Below, one piece after another: positions 23,447-36,466 of a stretch of 64,000 nt of DNA. The first letter of the stretch is position 1. Every line of letters starts with the position of its first letter. Source of the stretch: an uncultured candidatus Porisulfidus sp. (GTDB taxonomy: Bacteria > Pseudomonadota > Gammaproteobacteria > Poriferisulfidales > Poriferisulfidaceae); contig OZ241993.1 in assembly GCA_965204575.1 (NCBI GenBank), positions 1,040,586-1,104,585 on the forward strand, read 5' to 3'. The notes under the pieces are model-generated. The model saw only the letters and a list, made by a program, of their open reading frames with translations, was not told the DNA's origin and ran no database searches. A program made the position numbers and the translations under genes.

Positions 23447-23641
23447 ATGCGCACCAATATCGAGATCAATGATAGTTTGATGGCAGAGGCCATGAAGGCG
23501 GGAGGATTCGAGACCAAGAAAGCTACTGTGGAGGAAGGATTGCGCCTGCTTGTGCAAACCCGATTACAGGGACGAATCCGGAAATTGCGCGGGAAGTTGC
23601 GCTGGGAGGATTCGCTTGACGAAATGCGGCGTGACCGGTGA
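23447..23641 (+). CDS. vapB: VapB antitoxin (DUF2191-type ribbon-helix-helix)
   Basis: MRTNIEINDSLMAEAMK N-terminus typical of this family. 64 aa. Confidence 0.85.
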   Translation: MRTNIEINDSLMAEAMKAGGFETKKATVEEGLRLLVQTRLQGRIRKLRGKLRWEDSLDEMRRDR

Positions 23642-24027
23642 TTGTCGTCGACTCCTCCGTCTGGATTGATTACTTCAACGGCACCGAGACCCGAGAAACC
23701 GCGCTGCTTGACGGAATCCTCGGCCTGGAACCGGTTATGGTGGGCGACCTTATTCTGGCGGAGGTTCTGCAAGGTTTCCACGCTGACCGCGACGTTCGCA
23801 GGGCGCGTATGGTGCTGGATACCCTATTGTTTGAGCCTATGCTGGGCCGCGGTATTGCTTTGGCCAGTGCTGCTAATTACCGGACACTTCGTGGCAAAGG
23901 TATTACCGTACGGAAAACCATTGACGTGCTAATCGCGACCTTTTGTATAGAAAATGGCCATGTCTTGCTTCACTCTGACCGGGACTTTGTCCCGATTGAA
24001 GAACACCTCGGACTAAAAGCCCTTTAG
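23638..24027 (+). CDS. vapC: PIN-domain toxin VapC
   Basis: IVVDSSVWIDYF...LLHSDRDF. 4-nt overlap with vapB. Confidence 0.9.
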   Translation: MIVVDSSVWIDYFNGTETRETALLDGILGLEPVMVGDLILAEVLQGFHADRDVRRARMVLDTLLFEPMLGRGIALASAANYRTLRGKGITVRKTIDVLIATFCIENGHVLLHSDRDFVPIEEHLGLKAL

Positions 24028-24195
24028 CCATTGAATAGCCCTACAAGTTTTTCAGGGTGAGCATTTCGTTTGGTGGACAGGCCGGGATTGTTTTGGGGTG
24101 CGGTCGAGGATGGCTAGACTGTCATGGGTGGCTCTCCAGAAGCAATAGATACTCTATTCCGTATACAATATGATTATACGCAATAGCGTGTTTTC

Positions 24196-24468
24196 ATGTC
24201 ATTGGAACCGGAGTTGACAATGAATCAAATCGCCCGAACTGCGAAACAGGTCGGCGTGGCGGTGCGTCGCCATCGTCGTGCCTTGGGGTGGAGTCAAAGC
24301 GACCTCGGATCAAAAGCGGGCCTGCGCCAGGCGACGATATCGACGCTGGAGAGCGGAGAACCCGGGACGCGCTTGCGTACGCTGGTCGACGTCATGGCCG
24401 CGCTCGATCTTGAGGTGGTGATCCGGGACCGCTCCAAGGCTCCCAAGAGCATCGAGGAACTGTTCTGA
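24196..24468 (+). CDS. hipB: HipB antitoxin (XRE HTH)
   Basis: VRRHRRALGWSQSDLGSKAGLRQATISTLESGEPGTRLRTLVDVMAALDLEV. The start may instead be the ATG at 24220. Confidence 0.85.
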   Translation: MSLEPELTMNQIARTAKQVGVAVRRHRRALGWSQSDLGSKAGLRQATISTLESGEPGTRLRTLVDVMAALDLEVVIRDRSKAPKSIEELF

Positions 24469-25769
24469 TGGCGCGTCGGCGAACCCATATTCCTCTCGAC
24501 GTCTACCTCAATGGCCGTCTTGTCGGCCGGTTGCATCGGTCGGCGGGTGGAGCAGTAGAGTTCCGGTATGACGAGAGTTGGCTGAGTTGGGAGGGCGCCT
24601 TGCCGGTTTCACTCTCGCTGCCGCTGCGCGAGGAGCGCTATTCGGGTGATGCCGTCATCACGGTTCTGGACAATCTGCTTCCGGATGATGAAGCAGTTCG
24701 CCGCCGGGTCGCGGAGCGGGTCAGGGCCGAGAGCCATAGCGTTTACGATCTCCTGTCGAAGATCGGAAGGGATTGCGTGGGGGCCTTGCAGTTCCTGCCT
24801 CAAGGGTATGCGCCCGACCCGGTGGATGCGGTGGAAGGGCGACAGATTCCTGATGGCGAGGTTGCCGAAAGAATCCGCAGCCTTGCCATGACTCCGCTGG
24901 GCATCGACGAGACGGAAGCCTTCCGGATCTCGATTGCAGGCATGCAGGAGAAAACCGCTTTCCTCCACTGGGGAGGGGAGTGGCACCTCCCGCACGGCAC
25001 GACCGCGACGACCCACATCATGAAACCGCAGATTGGCGTATTGCCGAACGGGATTGATCTCACCCAGAGCGTGGAAAACGAGCATCTGTGCCTGAAGCTA
25101 ACTTCCGCTTTCGGGTTGCCCACCGCGCGCACGGCAATCACGGACTTCGACGATATCCGCGTGCTGGTGATCGAGCGTTTTGATCGGCGCTGGGACCAGG
25201 AAGAGCGATTGTTGCGGTTGCCTCAGGAAGACTGTTGCCAGGCGCTTTCGGTGCCGTCGTCTCTGAAATACGATGCCGACGGCGGCCCCGGAATGTCCGA
25301 TCTTCTCAACTTGCTGCAAGGCAGCGACACGCCATCGGTGGACCGGCGGCTGTTCCTGAAGTCTCAGATCGTGTTCTGGCTACTCGGTGCGACTGACGGG
25401 CACGCCAAGAACTTCTCCGTTTTCTTGGGACCCGGATCCCGGTTCAGCCTAACTCCTTTTTATGACGTGATGTCGACGCAGCCCGCCGTGTATGCGGGAA
25501 AGATCAGAAAGAACCAGTACAAATTCGCACTCGCGGTCGGCGACAATCGGCACTACGTCATGGACACGATCCTGCCGCGCCATTTCGTGCAAACGGCAGA
25601 AAGCAGTGGCGTGAAAGGTACGGTCGTTGAAGAGGTCTGCGCTGAAGTAGCGGGATCAGCCGAACACGCAATCGGTGAAGCGCTGGGTTCCTTGCCAGAG
25701 GATTTTCCGGAGGCGCTGGCCGACTCGATTATCCAGGGAGTGCGGGCGCGTTTGAAGCGGCTTCAGTAG
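24468..25769 (+). CDS. hipA: HipA kinase toxin
   Basis: TGATG overlap with hipB. LDVYLNGRLVGRL, ISIAGMQEKTAF and TDGHAKNFS catalytic-loop motifs. Confidence 0.92.
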   Translation: MARRRTHIPLDVYLNGRLVGRLHRSAGGAVEFRYDESWLSWEGALPVSLSLPLREERYSGDAVITVLDNLLPDDEAVRRRVAERVRAESHSVYDLLSKIGRDCVGALQFLPQGYAPDPVDAVEGRQIPDGEVAERIRSLAMTPLGIDETEAFRISIAGMQEKTAFLHWGGEWHLPHGTTATTHIMKPQIGVLPNGIDLTQSVENEHLCLKLTSAFGLPTARTAITDFDDIRVLVIERFDRRWDQEERLLRLPQEDCCQALSVPSSLKYDADGGPGMSDLLNLLQGSDTPSVDRRLFLKSQIVFWLLGATDGHAKNFSVFLGPGSRFSLTPFYDVMSTQPAVYAGKIRKNQYKFALAVGDNRHYVMDTILPRHFVQTAESSGVKGTVVEEVCAEVAGSAEHAIGEALGSLPEDFPEALADSIIQGVRARLKRLQ

Positions 25770-25944
25770 ATGGCGGGTCGAGATCCGGGGATTTTTTCAG
25801 CAACTTGAACGCGAGATTGAACAGTAGTATCAGTCATTTCCATGTGTTTTCCCTGTAGCGGATATGCCCTGATCCTAACTCGATTCCCGTCGCGTCTGTC
25901 AAGTTTATCTATATAGTCCCCTTTTTAGGCATTGAATTCTTCTT

Positions 25945-27829
25945 CCCCGATCTCCGAGCTAGGGCGATTTTGGGGGATTTTTTCCGTTTGGGGTTGCCCA
26001 CCAAGAGATTTTCGAGCCGAAGAGGGTGATGTGGTCGGGTTTTGTGTCCAACCGCTGGGGGCTGAGGATGATTTTTGACGCTTCGGCGCCCTGTCGCGCA
26101 GGGCTCCGCTCGCCGCTCAGGCGGCCCGTGCCAGGGTCGCAGCCGAACCGGTCGTCACGAAGTGTCGTAGGCCAGGAACCCGGCCATTCGGTCCAGCGCC
26201 TGCCGGACCCGCTGCACATGAGCCGTCTGGAACACCAGCCGCCGGTTGCGGGCATGCCGCACCACCTTGGCCACCAGGTGGACCCAGCACAGGCGCACCT
26301 GCTTCATCCGGGTCCACAGCCAGTCGCGTCCGAACGCGGCATGCCGCAGCAGCGCGTTGACGTTGGCCGACAGCACCGCCAGCTGCCACCAGGCGGCGTT
26401 CGCCCCGAACTTCCCCGACGGCATCATGCCGCCGGCCAGGTCCTGCTTGAGCACGGCGTGCACCTCTTCGCCATGCCCGCAGCGCTCGTGCGCGAAGCGC
26501 ACCACCTCCGAGGCGGTCATCCCCAGGCCCGCCCCCTCCCCGGAGCGCCCCGGATACGGCAGGTTGGTCAGATAGACCCGGTAGCGGTACGCCGGACGCC
26601 CGGACCTCGCCGGCGTCTCGTCCGGGTTCACCCCCAACACGCCCGGCAAGACACGCCGGGTGCCGACATGGCGCAGCAGCTGCCCCCGGGACTGCCGCGC
26701 GCCCCACGGCGAGACATAATCCAGGTCGGCGCATTCCAGTTCCGGCTCCGAGGCCCGCACCGGCTCCCACCACTGCTCCGGCGTCGCCCCCACGGCCTCG
26801 CGTAGTTCTTCTCTCTGCGGCGCGCCGACCACGAAGCCGATCACGCCGAAGCGGCGCAATGCCGCCGGGCGCGAAGCCGGCACGTTGCAGAAGCGGATCA
26901 GCCGGTTCTGGCAACCCGCCCCGTCCGAACGCAGCCACACCCGCCGCACCTCCGGCGGCAGCCCCGACAGCACCCGCTGGAGCATCTCCAGGTTGCCCAC
27001 CGAGGCCGGCACGTTGCCGTCGCGGAACTGGCTCGCCAGCACCATGCCCAACTCCGGGCAGAACATCGACAGCGGCTGGTAGCCCCGCTCGCCCGGAACC
27101 TCGCCGGTCGAACTGCGGTAGGTCGGCTGCGCCTCGCGCTTGCCCGAGGCCAGCACCGTCGCATCCAGGTCCAGGGTCAACTCGTCCAGCCCCAGGCGCC
27201 GGATCAGGCCCCGCGCCAGCCGCCGGTTGACCGCCTCGACCAGTTGCAGGGCCGCCGCCGGCTCCGGCACCACCGCCGCGCCCTTCACGCGCGCCGCACC
27301 GGCCGCCGCATCATGGAAACGCCGCAGCCAGTCATGCACCGCATTGGCGGACGGGAAGGTGCGCCCGCGCCCCCCGCGGAAGCGCGCCGCCAGCCCCGCC
27401 GGCATCACCCCCAGAAGCTCCGGTTCGTAGTCGCGCACCAGTCGGCACAGGCTGCGGTCCGCCTCCAGCGCGTCCACGTCCGAGACCCGCTCGTGACCGA
27501 TCACGTTGAGCAGCAGCACGGTCAGCATCATCTGGCCGTCGCGCCAGCCCTGCGCCCCGGCCACCTGCACCGGAAGGGTCCGAAACGCCCCGCTGCGGCG
27601 CAGCAGCTCCAGCCACAGCACGGCCCCGCCACAGGCGCTGGTTCGGCTTAACTTGGGGTCGCCCCCAATGGCGACCAAAGGGGAAAAGTTCGACATATAA
27701 TGAGACTCCCGGTTGGTTGTTCCCGGTTCACCCAATGGGTGAAACTTTTGCACCACCGATTTTAACCGTTTCACTCGGTTAAATAAGCGCCAACCGGGAC
27801 CTCGCTCTCATTTAGCTCGGATATCGGGG
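25945..27829 (-). mobile_element. Complete IS element (IS1380-family-like), 1885 bp
   Basis: 17-bp terminal inverted repeats ccccgatctccgagcta (25945-25961) and tagctcggatatcgggg (27813-27829) with one mismatch. Flanked by the 5-bp direct repeat ttctt (25940-25944 and 27830-27834). One transposase ORF. Confidence 0.85.
26155..27774 (-). CDS. DDE transposase (IS1380-like)
   Basis: Single long ORF inside the IS. GYQPLSMFCPELGMVLASQFRDGNVPASVGN...WLRSDGAG resembles IS1380-group transposases from memory. The start may be the ATG at 27696. Confidence 0.8.
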   Translation of the reverse strand: MKRLKSVVQKFHPLGEPGTTNRESHYMSNFSPLVAIGGDPKLSRTSACGGAVLWLELLRRSGAFRTLPVQVAGAQGWRDGQMMLTVLLLNVIGHERVSDVDALEADRSLCRLVRDYEPELLGVMPAGLAARFRGGRGRTFPSANAVHDWLRRFHDAAAGAARVKGAAVVPEPAAALQLVEAVNRRLARGLIRRLGLDELTLDLDATVLASGKREAQPTYRSSTGEVPGERGYQPLSMFCPELGMVLASQFRDGNVPASVGNLEMLQRVLSGLPPEVRRVWLRSDGAGCQNRLIRFCNVPASRPAALRRFGVIGFVVGAPQREELREAVGATPEQWWEPVRASEPELECADLDYVSPWGARQSRGQLLRHVGTRRVLPGVLGVNPDETPARSGRPAYRYRVYLTNLPYPGRSGEGAGLGMTASEVVRFAHERCGHGEEVHAVLKQDLAGGMMPSGKFGANAAWWQLAVLSANVNALLRHAAFGRDWLWTRMKQVRLCWVHLVAKVVRHARNRRLVFQTAHVQRVRQALDRMAGFLAYDTS

Positions 27830-27871
27830 TTCTTTATTTCCTCCTATAATAAGTAAAGGAGGATTTTATAG

Positions 27872-28126
27872 ATGCCTTTAAACATCAAAAATATTGCTAC
27901 TCATGCGTTAGCAAAGAAAATCGCAACCTTAACTGGGGAGTCTATGACTAAGGTTGTCACAGAGGCTCTCCAGGAGAAATTGGTGCAAGTGGAAAAGGCA
28001 AAAGGCCGCGTTGGACTGGCGGAGGAACTTGATCGCATTGCCTTGCACTGTGCCAGTCTACCAAGGCGCGATGACAGAAGCCCCGACGAGATCATTGGTT
28101 ACGACGACCACGGGCTACCCCAGTGA
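27872..28126 (+). CDS. VapB-type antitoxin (PSK/Rv0623-like)
   Basis: MPLNIKNIATHALAKKIATLTGESMTKVVTEAL...IIGYDDHGLPQ. 4-nt overlap with the following PIN ORF. Confidence 0.75.
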   Translation: MPLNIKNIATHALAKKIATLTGESMTKVVTEALQEKLVQVEKAKGRVGLAEELDRIALHCASLPRRDDRSPDEIIGYDDHGLPQ

Positions 28127-28544
28127 TCGCCATTGATGCGTCTGCTCTCATCGCGATTCTGAGCGATGAACCGGAACGAAGTGGTTTCAACAAACTGATC
28201 GAGTCGGAAGAATTTGCGTACATTAGTGCTGCCAGCCTACTTGAGACCCGTATAGTTCTGTTTTCTCGCTTTGGTGACGATGGAGTCTTGGCTTTGGATT
28301 CGTTCCTTCTGAAAAGTGGCATCACTGTTGTCGAGGTCTCTCCCCGCATGGGCGCATTGCATTTGAGGCATACCAGCGTTTTGGCAAAGGGACAGGCCAT
28401 GGCGCATCTCTAAATTACGGAGACTGTTTTTCGTATGCTTTGGCAAAATATCTGGATGCTCCACTTCTCTTTAAGGGCGATGACTTTTCCAAAACAGACA
28501 TTTTCTCGACGTTGGTCGATACAGGAGAAACAGGTCAGCACTGA
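28123..28544 (+). pseudogene. vapC: PIN-domain VapC toxin, apparently frameshifted
   Basis: Frame 1 gives MIAIDASALIAIL...VVEVSP and stops at 28413. A second frame continues AFEAYQRFGKGTGHGASLNYGDCFSYALAKYLDAPLLFKGDDFSKTDI to the stop at 28542-28544. The shift is near 28355-28365. Confidence 0.7.
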
Positions 28545-28703
28545 GCAAGTGACTGAAGATCAAATGTCTGCATTGATCCTTGTCGCATGTGGATTGTAAA
28601 ACTGCAAAACTGATGTCCAAGACAAATCACTGGTGTTGTACCTCAGAGTTGAACCTGGGTCTTATAAAATATCCCGGTATCGGATTCATACAGGAACGGT
28701 AAC

Positions 28704-29579
28704 ATGGGAAATACCGAGGAATGCTATAAAGTTTGCCGTGAGAATATATCGGAGGCAGGACTATGGGTAGTGAAGTCAGAATATTGCGTGGTCCGTGCTT
28801 TGAGATCTCCACGGTGGTCAAAAACTTCTCAGCGTGACGAATCATCTAGGCCAGGTGTTTACATTCTTGCTGATGGAGCTAAAGAAAAGATTTACATTGG
28901 TCAAACCGATACTCTTCAGAAGAGAATACGTACTCATAAAAATAATAGATTCGATTGGTGGGAAGAAATGTTGTGGATTACCCCGGATGGAAGCTACCGG
29001 TTCGGGACAGACCGTAGACGCTACGTGGAATCCAAGCTGATAAGCCAAGCCCGGAAGCAAGAGATCGAATTGAAAAATGATCAGTTTCCAGAACCACCTC
29101 AGCTAGACCTAGATGAGCAAAAAGACCTAGATGAAAAGGTTCTAAATCCCATTCTCCAGATATTTATTCCTTTGATGATGGGCTTCAATTTTGTGTTGCC
29201 ATCGCCCCAGAGAGATACTGAACCAGGTTGTACTGAGTTTGAAATTATTCCGCAACAAGAGAGCATCAAGGCCTTTGCGAAGATAGTTGGCGGCAAATGG
29301 ATTGTGCAAAAAGGTTCTCAAGCCCGCAAAGATTGGATGGGAGGTGCGAGAACGAAAGAGCTCATTAAGGGGGCATACCACAATCTGTATCAGTCTTTAA
29401 AGAAACAGGATATTCTTCGCGAATACGAGGAATTCTGTGTTTTCACCGAAGACCATGAATTTGATAGTCCTAGTGCGGCCGCATCTGTCATCTACGGACG
29501 ACAGGCCGCGGGTCCTCGCAATTGGAATGTGAGAGGCGAAGACAAAACCTACCGGGAATGGGAAAAAGAGAACCTATAA
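28704..29579 (+). CDS. GIY-YIG nuclease-domain protein with DUF4357-like C-terminus
   Basis: [28 protein letters not shown] (GIY-YIG). C-terminal [22 protein letters not shown] resembles DUF4357. Confidence 0.7.
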   Translation: MGNTEECYKVCRENISEAGLWVVKSEYCVVRALRSPRWSKTSQRDESSRPGVYILADGAKEKIYIGQTDTLQKRIRTHKNNRFDWWEEMLWITPDGSYRFGTDRRRYVESKLISQARKQEIELKNDQFPEPPQLDLDEQKDLDEKVLNPILQIFIPLMMGFNFVLPSPQRDTEPGCTEFEIIPQQESIKAFAKIVGGKWIVQKGSQARKDWMGGARTKELIKGAYHNLYQSLKKQDILREYEEFCVFTEDHEFDSPSAAASVIYGRQAAGPRNWNVRGEDKTYREWEKENL

Positions 29580-29587
29580 ATCCTCCA

Positions 29588-31513
29588 GTGCCTGTCGTAA
29601 CCCTTCCTGACGGTTCCACCCGCGAGTTCAAGCAGCCGGTCACGGTGATGCAGATCGCCGAGGACATCGGTGCGGGCCTTGCCAAGGCGGCATTGGCCGG
29701 CCGGGTCAACGGGCGGTTGGTGGATGCCTGCGTCGAGGTGGACGAGGACGCCGAAGTTTCCATCATCACCAATCGCGACGAGGAAGGCATCGAGATCCTG
29801 CGCCATTCGCTGGCACACATGCTGGGGCAGGCGGTCAAGCAACTGTATCCAGACGCCCAGATGGCGGTCGGCCCGGTGATCAAGGACGGGTTCTACTACG
29901 ACATCGCCCACAAGGAATCCTTCACCGAGGAAGACCTTGAGAAGATCGAGGCCAAGGTGCAGGAGCTGATCGCACAGGACTATGACGTGCTGCGCGAAGT
30001 GGTGACCCGAGAGCGGGCCCGCGAAGAATTCGAGGGACGTGGCGAAACCTACAAGGTGCAGATCGTCGACGAGATCCCGGAAGGCGAGGAAATCGCGCTG
30101 TACCACCACCAGGAATACGTCGACATGTGTCGTGGCCCGCATGTCCCGAACACCCGCCACCTGCGGGCGTTCAAGTTGACCAAACTGGCGGGCGCCTACT
30201 GGCGGGGCGACTCCCGCAACGAGATGCTGCAGCGCATCTACGGCACCGTCTGGCCGGACGCCAAGCAGCTTCGGGCCTACCTCCACCGGCTGGAGGAAGC
30301 GCAGAAGCGCGACCACCGCAAGCTGGGGCGCGCGATGGACCTGTTCCATTTCCAGGAGGAAGCGCCGGGCATGGTGTTCTGGCACGCCAACGGCTGGATC
30401 CTGTATCGCCAGTTGGAAAGTTACATTCGCGAACGCCTGGACCAGACGGGCTACCAGGAGGTGCACACTCCGCAGATACTGGATCGCAGCCTTTGGGAGC
30501 GGTCCGGGCACTGGGACAAGTTCGGCGAGATGATCTTCACCACCGAGTCCGAGAACCGCGAGTACGCGGTCAAGCCGATGAACTGCCCGGGTCATGTCCA
30601 GTTGTTCAACCAGGGGCTCAAGAGTTACCGGGACCTGCCGTTGCGCATGGCCGAATTCGGCACCGTGCACCGCAACGAGCCGTCGGGCACCCTGCACGGG
30701 CTGATGCGGGCGCGCCGCTTCGTGCAGGACGACGCGCACATCTTCTGCACACCGGAACAGCTGCAGGACGAGATTGCCGAGTTGATCGAACTGACGCGTT
30801 CGACTTACCGGGACTTCGGATTCGAAGACATCATATTGGGCCTGTCGACCCGCCCGGAGCGGAGGATCGGCGAGGATGCCCTGTGGGACCGGGCCGAGAA
30901 GGCGTTGGACGAGGCGATGACCGCGACCGGCCTGGAATTCGCCGTGCATCCGGGCGAGGGCGCGTTCTACGGGCCGAAGATCGAGTTCACCTTGACCGAC
31001 TGCATCGGGCGCGAATGGCAGTGCGGCACGATCCAGCTGGATTTCTCCATGCCGGACCGCCTCGGTGCCCGGTACGTGGACGAGAACAGCGAGAAGGTGG
31101 TGCCGGTCATGATTCATCGTGCCATCTTCGGCTCGCTGGAACGGTTCATCGGCATCCTGATCGAACACTACGCCGGGGACCTGCCGCTGTGGCTGGCGCC
31201 CCGCCAGGCAGTGGTGCTGAACATCACCGATGCCCAGGCCGACTATGCCCGGGAGGCCATGGCACGGTTGCAGGCAGCCGGCGTGCGGGCGCAGAGCGAT
31301 CTTCGAAACGAGAAAATCTCCTTTAAAATACGCGAGCACACGCTCGCGCACGTCCCGTACCTGCTGGTAGTGGGCGATCGGGAACAGGAAAACCGGGCTG
31401 TCGCGGTGCGAGCGCGGGACGGCACGGACCTGGGGCCGGTGCCGCTGGATGAACTGGCGGAGCGGTTTGCTGTTACAATTCGCGCTCGCCGATCAAATCT
31501 GATGGAGGATTGA
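29588..31513 (+). CDS. thrS: Threonyl-tRNA synthetase
   Basis: [14 protein letters not shown] aligns to the E. coli ThrS N-terminus MPVITLPDGSQRHF. Full class II core. GTG start preferred. In-frame ATGs at 29558 and 29522 are alternatives. Confidence 0.95.
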   Translation: MPVVTLPDGSTREFKQPVTVMQIAEDIGAGLAKAALAGRVNGRLVDACVEVDEDAEVSIITNRDEEGIEILRHSLAHMLGQAVKQLYPDAQMAVGPVIKDGFYYDIAHKESFTEEDLEKIEAKVQELIAQDYDVLREVVTRERAREEFEGRGETYKVQIVDEIPEGEEIALYHHQEYVDMCRGPHVPNTRHLRAFKLTKLAGAYWRGDSRNEMLQRIYGTVWPDAKQLRAYLHRLEEAQKRDHRKLGRAMDLFHFQEEAPGMVFWHANGWILYRQLESYIRERLDQTGYQEVHTPQILDRSLWERSGHWDKFGEMIFTTESENREYAVKPMNCPGHVQLFNQGLKSYRDLPLRMAEFGTVHRNEPSGTLHGLMRARRFVQDDAHIFCTPEQLQDEIAELIELTRSTYRDFGFEDIILGLSTRPERRIGEDALWDRAEKALDEAMTATGLEFAVHPGEGAFYGPKIEFTLTDCIGREWQCGTIQLDFSMPDRLGARYVDENSEKVVPVMIHRAIFGSLERFIGILIEHYAGDLPLWLAPRQAVVLNITDAQADYAREAMARLQAAGVRAQSDLRNEKISFKIREHTLAHVPYLLVVGDREQENRAVAVRARDGTDLGPVPLDELAERFAVTIRARRSNLMED

Positions 31514-32034
31514 GTATCAGCGCAGAGAAAGAGATTCGCCTCAACGAGGACATCAGCGTACCGCGCGTGCGGCTGATTGACGAGGGCGGCATCAACCGGG
31601 GCGTCATGGGCCTTCGCGAGGCCCGGCAACTGGCCACCGATGCCGACATGGATCTGGTTGAGATTTCCCCCAACACCGAGCCCCCCGTGTGCAAGGTCAT
31701 GGATTACGGGAAATTCTGTTTCGAGCGAAAGAAGAAGGCCCAGCAGGCCCGCAAGAAGCAGAAGCAGATCCAGATCAAGGAAGTCAAGTTCCGGCCCGGC
31801 ACCGAAGAGGGTGACTACCAGGTCAAGCTTCGCAACCTGAAACGGTTCCTGGGCGACGGGGACAAGACCAAGGTGACGATTCGCTTCCGCGGCCGGGAAC
31901 TGCACCACCGCGAACTGGGGGAGCAGAAGCTGAGCCGGATCGAGGACGATCTCCAGGAATACGGCGAAATCGAGCAACACCCGAAAATGGAAGGCCGCCA
32001 AATGGTCATGGTGGTCGCCCCTCGCCGCCGCTAA
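31510..32034 (+). CDS. infC: Translation initiation factor IF-3
   Basis: [18 protein letters not shown]...[22 protein letters not shown]. No ATG is available. Candidate starts are TTG at 31510 or ATT at 31534. Confidence 0.9.
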   Translation: MSISAEKEIRLNEDISVPRVRLIDEGGINRGVMGLREARQLATDADMDLVEISPNTEPPVCKVMDYGKFCFERKKKAQQARKKQKQIQIKEVKFRPGTEEGDYQVKLRNLKRFLGDGDKTKVTIRFRGRELHHRELGEQKLSRIEDDLQEYGEIEQHPKMEGRQMVMVVAPRRR

Positions 32035-32059
32035 TCTGCCACAGACTCACCGAACGATC

Positions 32060-32257
32060 ATGCCCAAACTCAAGACCAACCGGGGTGCGGCCAAGCGGTT
32101 CCGCAAGACGGCCAGCGGCAGGTTCAAGTGCCGCCAGTCGCATCGCAACCACATCCTGACCAAGAAGAGCACCAAGCGCAAGCGCGCCCTGCGCTCTCCG
32201 GATCACCTCGAATCCTCGGATGCCGCCTTGGCACGGCGGCTGTTGCCCTACATCTGA
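32060..32257 (+). CDS. rpmI: 50S ribosomal protein L35
   Basis: [20 protein letters not shown]. 65 aa. Confidence 0.95.
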   Translation: MPKLKTNRGAAKRFRKTASGRFKCRQSHRNHILTKKSTKRKRALRSPDHLESSDAALARRLLPYI

Positions 32258-32263
32258 CCGGCC

Positions 32264-32629
32264 ATGCCCCGAGTCAAACGCGGCGTCACCACCCATGCTC
32301 GCCACCGCAAGGTGCGGCGGCAGGCGCGTGGCTACTATGGCGCGCGCAGCCGGACGTTCCGTTCCGCCAACCAGGCGGTGATCCGCGCAGGACAGTATGC
32401 GTACCGCGACCGCCGTACGCGCAAGCAGGACTTCCGCCGGCTGTGGATCGTGCGCATCAACGCGGCGGCCCGGATGTGCGGCCTGTCGTACAGCCGCCTG
32501 ATGCACGGCCTGGCCCAGGCGGAGATCGAGATCGACCGCAAGATGCTGGCGGACCTCGCGATGAACGAGTTCGACACGTTTGCGCAACTGGCGGATCAGG
32601 CCAAGGCCCGGTTGTCCGCGAGTTCTTGA
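32264..32629 (+). CDS. rplT: 50S ribosomal protein L20
   Basis: [17 protein letters not shown]...[22 protein letters not shown]. Confidence 0.95.
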   Translation: MPRVKRGVTTHARHRKVRRQARGYYGARSRTFRSANQAVIRAGQYAYRDRRTRKQDFRRLWIVRINAAARMCGLSYSRLMHGLAQAEIEIDRKMLADLAMNEFDTFAQLADQAKARLSASS

Positions 32630-35669
<3,040 letters not shown>

Positions 35670-35685
<16 letters not shown>

Positions 35686-35963
35686 CCAAAACCGACCTGG
35701 CAGCCCGTCTGGTCGATCAGATTGGCCTCAACCGGGCGGAGTCCCGCGAGTTGGTGGATGCCTTATTGAACGAGATCAGCGCAGCACTCTGCGCGGGCGA
35801 GGACGTCCGCTTGTGGGGCTTCGGCAATTTCATCCTGCGCGACAAGGCGGCGAGGCCCGGCCGCAACCCGCGCAACGGCGAAGAGACGGTCATCGTTCCT
35901 CGGCGGGTGGTGACTTTCCGCCCGGGGCAGAAATTGCGCAAGAAGATGGAAGGCCATGAATGA
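35670..35963 (+). CDS. ihfA: Integration host factor alpha subunit
   Basis: MGKTLTKTDLAARL...GFGNFILRDKAARPGRNPRNGEETVIVPRRVVTFRPGQKL. Confidence 0.9.
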
Positions 35964-36303
35964 GAATGGAAGAGAGGGTCAGGCCGTCCTGCCAAACAAG
36001 CGGTATTTCACGATAGGAGAAGTCAGCAATTTATGCCAGGTTAAGGATCATGTATTGCGGTACTGGGAAAAGGAGATTCCGGCACTGAGTCCGAAACGCC
36101 GGCGCGGGCGGCGGTACTATCAACGTGAAGACGTCTACCTGATTCGAGAGATTCAGGCCTTGATGCAGGAAGGATACACCCTGGAGGGGGCCCGGCAGAA
36201 ACTCCAGGGGCGGTCTCCGGTTCCGCAGGACACGGCGCAGACCCAGGCCATACGGCAGGCCGTGGCGGAGCTTGAGAAAGTCGCCGAGATGCTCAAGGAG
36301 TAG
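35956..36303 (+). CDS. MerR-family transcriptional regulator
   Basis: YFTIGEVSNLCQVKDHVLRYWEKEIP...RRYYQREDV HTH. Position after ihfA as in other gammaproteobacteria. Confidence 0.8.
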   Translation: MNENGREGQAVLPNKRYFTIGEVSNLCQVKDHVLRYWEKEIPALSPKRRRGRRYYQREDVYLIREIQALMQEGYTLEGARQKLQGRSPVPQDTAQTQAIRQAVAELEKVAEMLKE

Positions 36304-36356
36304 GGGTGACGAAAAGGTTGGGCGGGAGAAGGGTCCCGCGGCGTTCGGATACGGGA

Positions 36357-36433
<77 letters not shown>

Positions 36434-36466
36434 GTCCCGCCGTGGAAATCCGGGTTCGGCCCGACC

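Noticed and set aside
29522-29587. The ATG at 29522 as the thrS start (663 aa)
   Set aside because: The extra 22 residues overlap the upstream GIY-YIG ORF and have no counterpart in ThrS. Both the ThrS homology and the duplicated fragment at 21004 begin at the GTG at 29588. The ATG at 29558 remains a possible alternative.
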